Assembly (NCBI RefSeq): GCF_963921235.1
Contig: NC_086108.1
Location: 992,001 to 1,056,000, forward strand
Reading direction: 5' to 3'
Length of the DNA: 64,000 nt
Origin: Mobula hypostoma
Taxonomy: Eukaryota
Shown here: in pieces, positions 1 through 13,829 of the stretch
Numbering within the stretch: the first letter of the stretch is position 1
How the letters are laid out: each line of letters begins with the position of its first letter
Position numbers and translations under genes: made by a program
The notes under the pieces: generated by a model
Told to the model about the DNA's origin: nothing
The model's input: only the letters and a program-made list of their open reading frames with translations
Database searches by the model: none

Positions 1-8
1 ATCTAGGC

Positions 9-84
9 CAGGGGTTCCCAACCTGGGATACCCGGACCACTTGGTTAGTGGCAGGGTTAGCATTAAGAAGGTTGGGAAGCCCTG
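9..84. mobile_element. 76-bp hAT/Charlie-type MITE inserted in a CR1 fragment
   Basis: TIRs caggggttcccaacct / aggttgggaagccctg; perfect 8-bp TSD atctaggc at 1-8 and 85-92, close to the NTCTAGAN Charlie target consensus. Confidence 0.85.
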
Positions 85-829
85 ATCTAGGCCTTTCAAT
101 ATTTGATAGATTTCAGTTGGATCCCCCCCTTCTTCATTCTTCTAATCCTAAACAGTACAGGCCCAGAGCCAATCAAATGCTCCTCATACATTAACCCTTT
201 CTAGCTGTAGAATAGTTCACTCGAGGAATGGGGTGGTTGAGAACTTGGAGTCAGTTTTGTCTTAAAATGCCAATAACTATTCCGTACAGTTTTCTACCAT
301 GTTGTAAAGGCAGCAAATGGTCATAGTGTACAGTTTCTGGCTGTCCCATTATAGGAAGTATGTTACAGGCTTTGGCAAGGATGTAGAAGAGGGTTTAGCT
401 GAAAGCTGCCTGGATTAGAGGTCATGAACTGTAAGAGGAAGTTGACAAGCTTGGGTTGTTTTCGCTAGAGCCTCAGAGGTTGAAGGGAGACCTGGTGGAA
501 GGTATTATTATTATGAGAGGCTCAGACAGGGTATCTTTTCCCCCACAGTAGGGCATGTATTTAGAGGGAGGAAAATTTAAGGGAGATGTGTGGAGCGGAC
601 TGCTATGGGTAGTGTTGGTAGTGGCTTTTAAGAAGCTTTCAGTCAGGTGTATCAATATGCATGGAATGGAGAGAGTTGGATCATGTGGAGGTAGATGGCA
701 TTAAGTTTAATTTGGTATAGGGTTCAGCACACACACGATGGGCCGAAGAGCCTGATCCTCTGCTGTACTGTTTGATAAGAAAGAAATTATTTACAAGAAT
801 AAACCTCATAAAGACTTTAATTCTTATGT

Positions 830-1205
830 TCAAGTCAAGTCAAGTTTATTGTCATTTAGCTTTATGAATGTATACTGTCAAGCAAGACGTTTCTCCAGAT
901 CAGGGTGTCAGGCACTGTACACATAACACACAATAGCTTAGGGAAAATAAGGATAAAATCTACAGATGAATTACACATAAATAAACTAAAGTGCATAAAT
1001 TAAATATGGTCAGGCACAGAACAGGTTAACCTGTGAAATTTCAAATGTGATGCCGCAGGGAGCTCAGAAGTCCAATGGCCTGAGGGAAGAATCTGTTTAC
1101 CATCTTGACTGTTCTTTGTGCTGGATGAATGGGTGGGATCCTTGATAATACTAAGGGCCCTGTGTACACAGACTTCCTGATAAATGTCCCTGATGAATGG
1201 TAGGG
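830..1205 (-). mobile_element. Rex1/Babar-like LINE 3' fragment
   Basis: (tcaag)n tail followed by tttattgtc; minus-strand peptide RALSIIKDPTH typical of the C-terminus of this LINE group. Confidence 0.55.
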
Positions 1206-1379
1206 GTTGTTGTATTGAAGTTTTATAAGATGTTATTGAGGCCATATTTGGAGTATTTTGTGCAGTTCTGGTCACCTACCTACAGATAAGTTAATAATAA
1301 GATTGAAAGAGTACAGAAAAGATTTACAAGGATTTGTCGGGACTTGAGGACCTGAGTTAATAGGGAAAGGTAAAGAAAG

Positions 1380-1910
1380 CATGACAGCAGCTATATTTCA
1401 TTAGGAGTTTGAAGCGAATTGGTATGTCACCCAAGATACTTGCAAGTTTCTACAGATGTACTATAAAGAACATTCAAACTGCTGCATCACTGTTTGGTAT
1501 GGGGGTGCTGCACAGGACTGGAAAAAGCTGTAGAAAGTTGTAAACTCTGCCAGCTTCATCACGAGCATTAGCCTCCCAAACATCCAGGACACTTTCAAAA
1601 GGTGATGCCTCTATTATTAAGGATGCCCATCCCTCAGGATGTGCCCTCTTCTCATTGCTACCATCAGGGAGGAGGTACAGGAGCCTGAAGACACACACTC
1701 AACAGTTTAGGAATAGCTTCTTCCTCTCTGCCATCGGATTTCTGAATGGACAATGAATAATTTTTTAAAATCGTTTTGCACTGCTTATTTAATTTCCTTT
1801 TTTTATACATATAGTAATTTATAGTTGTACTACATATTACAATGTACTGCTGCCACATAAAAGAAATTTCACGACTTATGTCAGTGATAATGGACCTGAT
1901 TCGGATTCTG
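1380..1910 (+). mobile_element. Rex1/Babar-like LINE 3' fragment (DUF1891-like C-terminus plus tail)
   Basis: Encodes LYFIRSLKRIGMSPKILASFYRCTI and FSLLPSGRRYRSL; ends in cctgattcggattctga; a related copy lies at ~12500-12840. Confidence 0.65.
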
Positions 1911-2280
1911 AAGGTTGAATAGGTTTGGACTTTATTCCTTGGACTGTAGGAGAATGAGGGGCAATTTGATAGAGGTATAGAAAACTCTGAGGGATATAGA
2001 TAGGGTTAATGCAAGCAGGCTTTTTCCACTGAGGTTGGGTGAGACTAGAACTAAAGGTTATAGGTCGGGGTGAAAGGTGAAGCATTTAAGGAGAGCATGA
2101 GGGAGAGCTTCACTCAGGGGTCGGTGAGAGTGTAGAATGAGCTGCCAATCGAAATGTTAGAAGTTTGGATAAGTACGTGGAGATGGTCCTAGTGCGGATC
2201 AAGATGGGATTAGGGAGAATAGCAATTTGGCATGGACTAGGTGGGCTGGAGGGCCTGTTATGTGTTGTAGTATTCTACTC

Positions 2281-2591
2281 TGAAACTCAAATAATCTGCG
2301 CTAGTGGCACAACTACTGACTCATGCGTGATGTTTCCCTGAGACCTGCCGAGGCCCAGGGTTCCCACACTGCAGTGACACTTTCCAGCCAGGTCCTGGGT
2401 TTCCCCCGCTGAACGAAACTCGCCACAGCCGAGAATCCCCTCTGCCAATTCCAGCTCTCTTTTTTTGGATGCACCAGGAAATTTATTACAGGACTGTGAA
2501 ATTAAAGTGTGTTGGGGTACCTTAACATCCAGTAGTCCGGTAAGTCGGACACCACCAAAGTTTCTACTGTGCCAGATTACTGGAGTTTTCA
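2281..2591. mobile_element. Possible old pogo/Tigger-like MITE
   Basis: Imperfect terminal inverted repeat tgaaactcaaataatctg / cagattactggagttttca; no clear TSD. Confidence 0.35.
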
Positions 2592-3730
2592 TCCACTGTG
2601 AGCCGTAGTAATGCGTCTTCCCAGCAGGTGGCGCCTGCCCCTCATCTCACGCCCAGTTGCAGATAAAGTTTACCTCCAAGCCTTTAAAGTCATCGCCTGC
2701 AGGTTCAGTGCCCAGCCCGTCAGTCAGGTGCTGCAGACTGAACCACACACAAAGGCGATCGACATCTGTTTTTAATGTCAACGTCTTTAATGTAGCGTTG
2801 CGTCCCAAGGTGCTGGCGTAAACAGCAATTAGCAGCAAGCCACATGAGGTACAAGGGGCAGGCACTCAGAGCTTAGTCAAACACACAATCTCAAAAACAA
2901 GTTGGGAGGCAGTGGGGTTTACAGAGGGAATTCCCAGAATTTGGGTTTTTGACAGCTGAATTCATTGGTAAATTGGTTAATTATTGAGATACAGTGAAAA
3001 GCTAGCCTTGCATACTATTCGTACAGATCAGTTCCTTACATGGTGCATTGAAGCAGAACAAGGTAAAACAATAAAAGAATACAAAATAAATGGTTACAGT
3101 TACAGGGAAAGTGCAATGCAGGCAGGTAATAGTGCAAAGATCTAATGAGATAGATTGTGAGGTCGGGAGTCCATCTTGTACTCGGGAACTATTTGATATT
3201 AGATCATAAAACAAAGGAGCAGAATTAGGCCATTTGCCCCAGTCGAGTCTGCTCTGCCATTCAATCATGGCTGATTTATTTTCCCTCTCAAGCCCAGCCT
3301 CCTGCCTTCTCCCCACCTTTACTAATTTGACACCCTTCCTAATCAAAGACCTCGCAACCTCTGCTTTAATTATACACAATCACTTAGGCTCCGCTGCCAT
3401 CTGTAGCAATGAGTATCTTTAGCCTCTGCCTAAAGAAATCCCTCTCAGATTTGTTTTAAAGGGGCATCCTGTTGGCCTGAGGCTGTGCCCTCTGGGCTTT
3501 CACTCCCCCGCTAAAGGAAACATCCTCTCCCATCCACACTCATTCTTCTAAACTTAGCCAAGTGCAGGTCCAGAGCCATCAAATGCTTTTCATATGTTAA
3601 CCCTTCCATTCCCATGAATGTCCTCTGGACCCTCTCCAATGGCAGCACATCCTTTGTTAGATAAAGGGTCAAAAACAGCACACAGTACTCCAAATTGGTC
3701 TGAACAATGCCTTTTACAACCTTCATACAA

Positions 3731-4935
3731 TAGACAATAGGTGCAGGAGTAGGCCATTCGGCCCTTCGAGCCAGCACCGCCATTCACTGTGATCATGGCT
3801 GATCATCCACTATCAGTATCCAGTTCCTGCCTTCTCCCCATAACCTTTGATTCCACTATCTTTAAGAGCTCTATCCATCTCTTTCTTGAAAGCATCCAGA
3901 GACTTGGCCTCCACAGCCTTCTGGGGCAGAGCATTCCATATATCCACCACTCTCTGGGTGAAAAAGTTTTTCCTCAACTCCGTTCTAAATAGCCTACCCC
4001 GAATTCTTAAACTGTGGCCTCTGGTTCTGGACTCACCAATCAGCGGGAACATGCTTCCTGCCTGCAGCATGTCCAATCCCTTAATAATCTTATATGTTTC
4101 AATAAGATCCCCTCTCAGCCTTCTAAATTCCAGAGTATACAAGCCCAATCGCTCCAATCTTTCGACATATGACAGTCCCGCCATCCCGGGAAATTAACCT
4201 TGTGAACCTACGCTGCACTCCCTCAATAGCAAGAATGTCCTTCCTCAAATTTGGAGACCAAAACTGCACGCAGTACTCCAGGTGTGGTCTCACCAGGGCC
4301 CTGTACAGCTGCAGAAGGACCTCTTTGCTCTTATACTGAATTCCCCTTGTTATGAAGGCCAGCATGCCATTAGCTTTTTTCACTGCCTGCTGTACTTGCA
4401 TGCTTGCTTTCAGTGACTGATGTACAAGAACACCTAGATCTTGTGCTTCCCCTTTTCCTAACTTGACTCCATTTAGATAATAATCTCCCTTCCCGTTCTT
4501 ACCACCAAAGTGGATAACCTCACATTTATCCACATTAAATTGCATCTGCCATGCATCTGCCCACTCACCCAGCCTGTCCAAGTCACCCTGCATTCTCATA
4601 ACATCCTCCTCACATTTGACACTGCCTCCCAGCTTTGTGTCATTGGCAAATTTGCTAATGTTACTTTTAATTCCCTCATCTAAATCATTAATATATATTG
4701 TAAACAGCTGCGGTCCCAGCACTGAACCCTGTGGTACCCCACTGGTCACCGCCTGCCATTCCGAAAGGGGCCCGTTAATCACTACTCTTTGTTTTCTGTC
4801 AGCCAGCCAATTTTCAATCCATGTCAGTACTCTGCCCACAATACTGTGTGCCCTAATTTTGCCCACTAGTCTCCTACGTGGGACTTTATCAAAGGCTTTC
4901 TGAAAGTCCAGGTACACTACATCCACTGGCTCTCC
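3731..4935 (-). mobile_element. 5'-truncated young CR1 LINE (RT C-terminal half and 3' tail)
   Basis: ORFs 4123-5094 and 3813-4184 carry [30 protein letters not shown] and RPHLEYCVQFWSP; 7-bp TSD catacaa at 3724-3730 and 4936-4942. Confidence 0.9.
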
Positions 4936-5514
4936 CATACAAATGTTGACTGATCGTTTCCACGGATGCTGCCCGACCTGCTGAGTTCCTCCAGCGTGTT
5001 GTGAGTGTTCCTTATACAGCCTCACCATTACATACTTGCTTTTATATTTTAATTCTCTGGAAATGTAGATTGTTGCTGATATCCCCACCTCCACTGGCAG
5101 GAAGTTCTAGATAAACAACCAATCCGTCTAAAAAAACAAAGTACCCATCAGATCCCCTTTAAAATTCTTTTCTCTCATCATAAACCTGAGCTTTTTTGTT
5201 TTTTGATATCCTTACCACTGGGGGGGTGGGGGCGAAGATTTTGCCTATCTACCCCATCTATGCCTTTCATAGTCTGTAATCCCTGAAAACAGATAACAAA
5301 ATTAGGAGTAAGTATTCAATTCTGATCACCCGTTGCAGAAAGAATGGTGTCTTTGAAGATAGTGCAGAAGAGGATCACCAGAATCCTGCCTGCATTAAAG
5401 GGAAGGTACTATCAGGAGTGGTTGGACAAACTTGAGTGGTAGAGGCTGAGGGGAAACCTCAGAGAGAGTTGTAAGATTATGACATACAAAATCTTATCAT
5501 CTTAGGGTTGTAAA

Positions 5515-6135
5515 AAAAGCTTTTGGCACATTGGCCTTCATAAATCTAAGTACAGGAGATGGGATGTTATGTTGAAGTTGTATACAATGTCGGTGAGGCC
5601 TGATTTGGAGTATCGTGTGCAGTTTTGGTCACCTACCTACAGGAAAGATGTAAATAAGGTTGAAAGAGTACAGAGAAAATTTACAAGGATGATGCCAGGT
5701 TTGGAAGACCTGATTTAGAAGAAAAGATTAAATAGTTAGGACTTTGTTCCTTGGAACGTAGAAGATTGAGGGAAGATTTTATAGAAGTATACAAAATTAT
5801 GAAGTGTATAGATAGGGCAAATGCAAGCAGGCTTTTTCCACCGAGGTTGGGTGGGACTACAGCCAAAGGTCATGGGTTAAGGGTGAAAAGTTTAAGGGAA
5901 ACATGAAGGGAAGTTTCTCTCGGACAGTGGTGAGAGTGTGAAACGAGCTGCCAGCACAAGTGGTGGATGCGGGTTCGATTTGAACATTTTAAGAGAAGTT
6001 TGGACAGGTACATGGATGGGGAGGGTTATGGAGGGATATGATCCTAGTGCAGGTTGATAGGAGTAGGCAGTTTAAGTGGTTTCGGCACGGACTTTATGGG
6101 TCAAAGGGCCAGCTTCTCTACTGTACTTTTCTATT
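5515..6135 (+). mobile_element. CR1 LINE 3' fragment (degenerate)
   Basis: Matches the CR1 RT C-terminus (ttggagtatcgtgtgcagttttggtcacc) and 3'UTR seen in the other CR1 copies of this window. Confidence 0.75.
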
Positions 6136-7679
6136 GTATAGAGTAGCTAGCCAATGCCTTTTTCCCAGTATCATAATGTCAACTACTAGAGGACGTGCAT
6201 TTAAACTGTGGGAGGAAGTTAGAAGTATAATGTGTGGGGCTGGTTTTTAACTCTGCTGCCAAGGTTAGTGATGGAGGCGCATATGATAGAGGTGCTTACG
6301 AGGCAGAGAATGAAGGGATATGGACCACATGCCGGCAGAAGGGGTTGGGTGTCATTGGCATAAAGCTCAGTACAATATTGTAGGCCAAAGCTCTGTGTAC
6401 AAGCAGGTAGCTGGTGACACCCGCAGGACATTGAACTGTGTCCATAGAGTTGCTGTCTGCACAAGCAGGCAGTTTCTGTTCAAAACTCTTTGAAATGCTA
6501 TTCCAAGGGAAAATGCTAGAAAAAGCAACCCCCACTCCTCCCCATTCCCTGCTCTGCTGGTCTCTCCTAACAGATTCTGTCTTCTAAAGCCCTTTGTCCT
6601 TTGTCACTTTCCCTCATCCCGTCCCTTATCTGGCTTTCACCTCCAACACTCGTCCTGGAACACCAACCATCCATTTGCCTCCACAGTTGCTGCCTGACCC
6701 ACTGAGTTTTTCCAGCATCTTTGTGTCTCTCGCTAGATTCCCGCATCTGCTGCCTCTCGTGTGTCTGTTCTAGAAAGACCCAACAGGTCAAGCATCATCT
6801 GTGAAGAGGGAACAGTATTTAACATTCTTGTGTTCGGTCTGCAGCCCTCATTATAGGAAGGATGTGACAGAGGATACAGAGGAGTTTACCAGGATTAGAG
6901 AGGACATCTTATGAGCAATGGAGGATGAGAGGTGACTTGATTGGGTGTGTAAGATGATAAGAGACATAGATCGAGTGGACAGCCTTTCTCCCCCACGGTA
7001 GCGATTGCCAGTACCAGAGGACGTCCAGTTAAATTTAGTGAGATATCAGAGGTAGATTTTATTTTATTCAGAGAGTGATGAATGTGTGGATCACCTTGCC
7101 AGTGGTGGTGGTAGTAGAGGTAGATACATTACAGACATTAAGAGGCTCTTAGATAGGCATATGGGTGACAGAAGTGGAGGGCTGTGGAGTATGTAGGAGG
7201 GAAGGGTTAGATTAATTGTGGAGTAGGTTAAAGGGTCGGCACAACATTGTGGGATGAAGGGAATATATGAGCTGTGCTGTGCTGTAACGTCCTGTGTCCT
7301 TTTACTGATATGAGTATTTCCAGCAAATTTGACTCTCTCTTCAGCTTCTGAAGTTTGCAGATATTTTGCTTCTATATAAAACACTGGTTAGGCTGGGCTG
7401 CAGTTGTATGCACAGTTCTGGTCACCGCACTTACAGGAAGGATATGAGAGTAGTGAGGGATTTGCAGAGGAGATTTACGAGGATCTTGGCTGAACTAGGG
7501 AGACCATGATAGTTTCCTTTGGAACAAAGACACTGAGTCATAGAGTCGGACACCACGGAAACAGGCTGTGAGCTCCACACCAGCAATTGAGCACTCTTCT
7601 ACAATAATCTTGTTTAATTTCACTCACACTCCTACCAAACCCTGCCAGATTCTACTGCTTCTGTATGGGCGCTTCACAG

Positions 7680-7945
7680 TGCTAGTCATTGGGGTTTAAT
7701 TCCTGCCCCAGTCTGTTAAGGACTGTGACCATGTGGGTTTCCTCCGGGTGCTCCAGTTTCCTCCCACAGTCCAAAGACAGATGGTGAGAGTTAGTAAACA
7801 GTGGACATGCTACGCTGGTGCTGGAAAAGTGGAAACATGGCAACACTTGCAGGCTACCCCAGCACATCCTCAGACTGTGGTGGTCGTTGATACAAACATT
7901 GCATTTTCAATATTTTGATGTCCATTGGCAAATAAAGATAAGAAT
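7680..7945 (+). mobile_element. tRNA-derived V-domain SINE (HE1-like), degenerate
   Basis: V-domain core gtgggtttcctccgggtgctccagtttcctcccacagtccaaaga; further copies at ~13210-13460, 14275-14470, 15130-15380, 58275-58510, 59580-59860, 60650-60790. Confidence 0.7.
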
Positions 7946-9454
7946 CTTTTAAAGATCAGTTTTGTTTCTCAAACGTACAGAGAACATACAATCAAATGTA
8001 ACATATCAAATCAGTGAGGATTGTACTGGGCAGCCCGCAAGTCTCACAATGTTTCAGGCACCAACACAGCATGCCCACAACTTACTAATCCTAACTTTGT
8101 ATGTGTTTGGGAGGCTCATCTCTGAGATCTCTCACACAATTTCCAGCAGCAATTAACCAAGCAACCCGCACGTATTTGGAATGCAAAAAACACTAACATG
8201 GCCACAGGAGAACATGCAAACTTCACACAGCTATCACCGGAGAACAGGATTAAACATGGATCACTGGAGCTGTGACACAGCAGCTCTGACAGCTGCACCT
8301 GACAGATAAAATTGAGAGACTGGTAGAGGTGAACAGTAAGGACATGATGTTGTGCTGTTTGCTGAGCTTGGCAATTAGCTTGCAGGCGTTTCATCACCAG
8401 TCGAGGAGACGTCCTCAGTGCGCAGTTGTTTCTCTCTGGGGGTGCTGGTGTTTATATACTCCCCCACCCCACTTGCCTCAGTCCTGATTGGCTACCCCTT
8501 TGTTTATCACAGGTCAACTGAAGGGGTAGCTTATCAGGACAAAGGGAAGAAAATGGTCTTTCTTTCTATTTATTTTTACTTCCTTATCTCTCTGTCGCCA
8601 TCTCTCTATCTGTCTATCTCTGTCTCCATCTATCTATCTATCTCTAACTCTCTCTCACTTGGAATAGGTAGAGACATATCTCCACCTTACCACCCTGTAT
8701 AAATTAAAGGGACATAGATAGAGTCATAGAGTACTACAGTACAGATACAGCCCTTTGGCCCATCTAAGGCCTGGTCTTCTGTTACCACTGTCTACCATGC
8801 ACCACCTTAACCAATGACCTCATTTAAGCTAGAGTGTTGGAATCTTTTTCCCAGAGTAGAAATGGCAAGGGGAGGAGGCAAGTTTAAAGAGGATTATTTA
8901 TTACCTGTCCATCTATCTTGATGTCTACCTATCTATCGATTGAGATATAGTGTGGAATAAGCCCTTCGAGCCAGGTTGCCCAACAGTACCCCAGTTTAAC
9001 CCTAGCCGAATCATAGGACGATTTACAATGACTAAGTAACATTCCAACTGGTACATCTTTGTGGGAGGTAGCCTCAGCACCTGGAGGAATCACATGTGGT
9101 CATGGGGAGAATGTACAAACTCCTTACAGGCCGCAGTGGCACTTGAACCAGGGTCACCTGTACTGTAAAAGGTTGTGCTAACCCCTACGCTACTGTGCTG
9201 CGCAGTGTTGAACGTAAAGTGCCAACACTTTGGAATGTGATTGGGAAGAACTGTGGCATGCAGTAATGTGGACTACACTCAGAAGCGGCAGTAATCTAAT
9301 TAGATCCATTTTTATTGGGCAGAGACATGATGGGCTGAATGGCCTTCTGATGCTGTAAATGTCTGCTTTCTGGCACACTTTCCAGAAGCCCTATGTCAGT
9401 GGCCATACCTCTGGTACACTGCCACTGAATTCTGCAGTACCCTCCTGAAACCAC

Positions 9455-10270
9455 CTCCCTCACCTGCCTTTTAAGATGCTCCTTAGTTTTAAGAGGAGGT
9501 TATTTATTTGACTACCCAAGATACAATTGTACTCATATTTAAGCTTCATTAACTTATTATAATCTTCAGAGCATTTCGAAGCCTGGTATGTCGCTTTGAG
9601 GGTTGGGAGAGTATTCTCAATCTCTAATAATCGCCCTTCTCTTTCCCTCTTAAGTGGATTCATATGAAATTATATACCCACGAATTACAACTTTTAATGT
9701 CTCCCAGAGTATGGTATCTGACACCTCGCCGTTATCGTTAATTTCTATAAAATCTTTTAATCTGGTGGTGATATTTTCTATAAATTCCTTATCGGCGAGT
9801 AGGGAGGGGTTAAAATGCCAGGAATAGATTCGTTTGGGAAGGGAGAGATTTAGGGACATTGTCCAGGGGCTATGGTCAGAAATTAATCTATTATGATATT
9901 TTGTATTGGTAACACGAGGTATTAAATGAGAGTCAATCAAAAAATAGTCTATTCTGCTATAAGATTTGTGAACATGAGAATAATAAGAATAGTCCTTGTT
10001 GGTGGGATGTTGAACCCGCCAGATATCTACTAAATTTCTAGATTTAATCAAATTATTTAGGACCTGCACTGACACGATATTTGACGGCAGACGGGAGGAC
10101 AATCTATCTAAATATGGATCTAGGTAGCAATTCAAGTCACTGCCGATTATTATATTTGAATTACTGGCATCTGGAAGTAAATCAAAAACTTTCCTAAAAA
10201 AATTTGGCTCGTCTGTGTTTGGACCATAAATATTAAGGGAGGTTAGCGGAAATGAATTAATGGTGTCAGA
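9455..10270 (-). mobile_element. L1-clade LINE ORF2 fragment (APE endonuclease)
   Basis: ORF 9650-10306: LNIYGPN, IIIGSDLN, DIWR, YSYYSHVHKSYSRIDYFLI, ISDHSP, WHFNPSLL, LWETLKVVIRG; continues after a stop into 9460-9663; AT-rich. Confidence 0.9.
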
Positions 10271-13200
10271 GGTCGTGATAAACCTGCTGAGAGGATGTGT
10301 GGTCATGGTTAATGGTAAGGCTCACTGGCATTGAAAAAAAAGGTTAGTAACCCCCTGGTTTACCTGATGATGCCCTCCGGGGTCATTTCACTGACGGGAA
10401 CCATGTGAAATCATGTTGCCAGTAATTCATGTCCCACTCGAATCATAATAGATCTATTGCAAGAATGTGGCCACTGTGCGTGTCGGTGATTGATTGCACC
10501 GTGACTGCACTAATGGGACTCGCTCTTCATGTGCGTTTTCAGGTTCAAATTTTCATCCCGGTGGGCCTGGTTCACAGCTCCTGCACTACAAGTTACCCTG
10601 CATGTACCGTTACTGACCTGACCCAGTAAACACGTGTGCTCAAGAACTGTTGTAGTTCTTGCCCCATGCATACGTAAGAGCACCTGGTTCGGCAGTATCT
10701 GAGGAAGTCTGCAGTCTTTCCCAGTCTCTGCAACACTGCCTTAATCTCCTGTTCTGCTCTTGGGTTTCTGTGTTGTTTCAAGAAAGAAATGTTTTATACT
10801 GACTGGGAGGGGAATGAGAAACCAGCTGGTTCTGTTTTCAATTCCTTCTCTCAACTCCCCTCCACTAATCCTAACCTACTGCAGTGAGTTTAGCCTGGTT
10901 GAGAAAGAGCTGGCAATATATAACATCTCATCACATCCCCCAGGCCTATTGAAGTAAATTGGGTTTCCCTGCTCTTGACCTGATGCCTCTCAGTCAGAAG
11001 GTGCTGGGGTCAATTCCCACTGCAGGTGGACCCCCTCCTAGCACAGTACAAAGGGAGCTCTGAGATTTGTGTCCCCTCGGGCAGTTCTGTGGAAGATGCA
11101 CGTGTTTTAGGAGAAGATCGTTGAGCGAGCTAGGATTTTCGTTTTTGAAGCAAAGGAGGATGAGAGGGACATAAAATGTCAACACTTCATTCCTGGTGAA
11201 GGGCCTTAGCTCGAAATGTTGACTCTTTATTCCCCTCCATTGACCGAAGTTCAAAGTACATTTAATATCAAGGAATGTATACATTATACAACCTTGAGAT
11301 TCATCTCCTTACATGCAGCCAAAAAACAAAGAAATCCAAGAGAAAAGACTGACCAACACCCAATGCGCAGAGAGAAGCAAATGGTGCAAACAATAAACGG
11401 AAGCAAATAGCATTTGCAATGAAAGTGAGTCGTCAGACATGAAGCCCAGAGCAAGGCCTCAGCCTCAGCCTCAGCCTCAGCCTGACCTGTTGAGTTCCTC
11501 CAGCATTTTGTCTTTGTTACTCAAGATTTCCGGCATCTGTAGAATATGTGTTTATGAGAGATGACTTGATAGAGCAGTATAAGATAATAGAGAGCGATGC
11601 AGTGGACAGCCAGTGCCACTTTCCTAAGGCAGAAGCAGCTAAAATGAGAGGTCATAACTTTAAGGTGTATGGAGGAAAGTATAGGGGGATGTCAGAGGTT
11701 TGTTTTTTCACAGAATGTGGAAGCATTACCAGAGTGGTGGTAGAGGCTGATACAATAGGGACACTTAAAAGACTGTTAGATGGGCACATGGATGATGGGA
11801 AAATGGAGGTCTGCGTGGAAGGGAAGGGTTAGATTGATCTTGCATTAGGTTAAAGGGTTGGTACAACATTGTGGGCCAAATGGCCTGTACTGTTCTACGT
11901 TTGCTGTTTAATTCCTGTTGCTTTCTCCCCAAGCACCACCACCCCCCCCCCCCCCCCCTGTCACCCAAGTGCCAGCTTGTTACAGCCATGCAGAGAGATC
12001 CAACCTTTTTGGTCTAACTGGAACGTCACCAGTCCTAAGGAATTAGCAGCCACACGCTGCTGTGGAATGCCTTTGTAGATTGTGTGCTACAACCAGCCAA
12101 CACTGAAAAAACAGGCCACACTGTCACTCTGTGTCCTTCCTCACTGCGTTTTACACTGAGTGGGGCCTCAGTCTGAAGTGTGGTCACTGGTGTAGCATGT
12201 GCTGTGGCCAGTGTAACTTCCCCCAAACTTTCAGGTTTACCGTCTTATTTCACTATTTCGGATGGTGGTTCTGTGCCTTCCTGAGTCACTAGGGTGTGAG
12301 TCACCACCTGAGTGGGAGACCTCATTGCAAGTCCTACAGCAATCAAATAGGCCCTTTGGCCCTCCTCATCCATCCTAGCCCGTGTGTGCCCATTTATCAG
12401 AACAGCACAGGGACTGGCCCTTTGCCCCTCCCCCAGAAGTATATGGCAAATGTAATGCCAGTTTAAACCAATCCCATCTACCTGGAGCGATGCCCCAGAA
12501 AGGTGGTGTCTGTCATTAAGGACCCCATCACCCAGGGCATGCCCTCTTCTCATTGCTACCATCAAGAAGCAGATACAGAAGTCTGAAAACACACACTCAA
12601 CGATTCAGGAACAGCTTCTTCCCTCTGCCATCTGATTTCTGAATGGATATTGAACCCATGAACACTACTTTTTAATTCTGTTTTTAGCTCTACTTACTTA
12701 ATGTAGCTATTTAATATTAAAATGTACTTTGAATGTAATTCATAGATTTTTTTAAATATTATGAATTGTTTTGTACTGCTGACATAAACACACCAAATTT
12801 CATAACACATGCCAGTGATATTAAACCTGATTCTGAATCTGTAAGTGGTCAGATCCATCCAATCCTGCCTGTTATGTGCCTGTCCAAACACCTCTATTGT
12901 ACCCACTTCTAACACCTGCCCTGGCAGCATGTGCCAGCCACCAGTTGCTCTCTGTAAAGCATGGAAAAACACATCACAGGAGCAGGCCCTTTGATCCACA
13001 ACAATTGTACTGAACACAGTGCCGAATTAAGCTGAATCTCTTCTGCTTGTACCTGATCCACATCTCTCCATTCCTTGAATATTCCTGATAATATGTAAAA
13101 AGTCTCTTTATCGCCTATTGTATCTGCTTTCACCTCTCGCTGGCAGCCCAACCCTGCTGCCTTCAAATCTCTAATTTAAAAAAATATTCTTGCTCCCTAC

Positions 13201-13829
13201 ATCCTTGGGTGGAATGGTAGCTTAGTGGTCAGCATGACGTTTTACAGTACAGGTGACACGGGTTCAATTCCCACTGCTGCCTCTTAAGAGTTTGTATGTT
13301 CTCCCTGTGACTGTGGGTTTCCTCCCACAGTCCAGAAGCATACTGGTTGGCAGGTTAATGGGTCATTGTAAATTATTCTGTGATTATGCTAGAGTTAAAT
13401 CGGGGGTTGCTAGGCGGCGCAGCTCCAAGGTCTGGAAGGGCCTGTTCTGTGCTGTATCTCAATCAATTAATCAATCATTGGACAAATACGAAATGCTGGA
13501 TTTCCAGCATCTACAGATCTTCTCTTGTTTGAGATAGATATCCAGATAGATAGAAAAATAAATAATACTCTTTATTTCCCTTTGTCTTGAATGCATGTCC
13601 TCTAGTACTTGACATTTCTACTCTGGGTAAAAGATTCTGACACTCTAGCTTAAACGAGGTCATAGGTTAAGGGTTTAAGGGGAACATGGGCGGTGGGCAC
13701 CAAGCTGCCAGTGAAAGTGGTGGATAATAGACAGTGGTAACAAAAGACCAGGCCTAGATGGGCCAAAGGGCTGTATTGTACTGTGGTGCTCTATGACTCG
13801 TATCTATGTCCCTTATAATCTTACATGGG

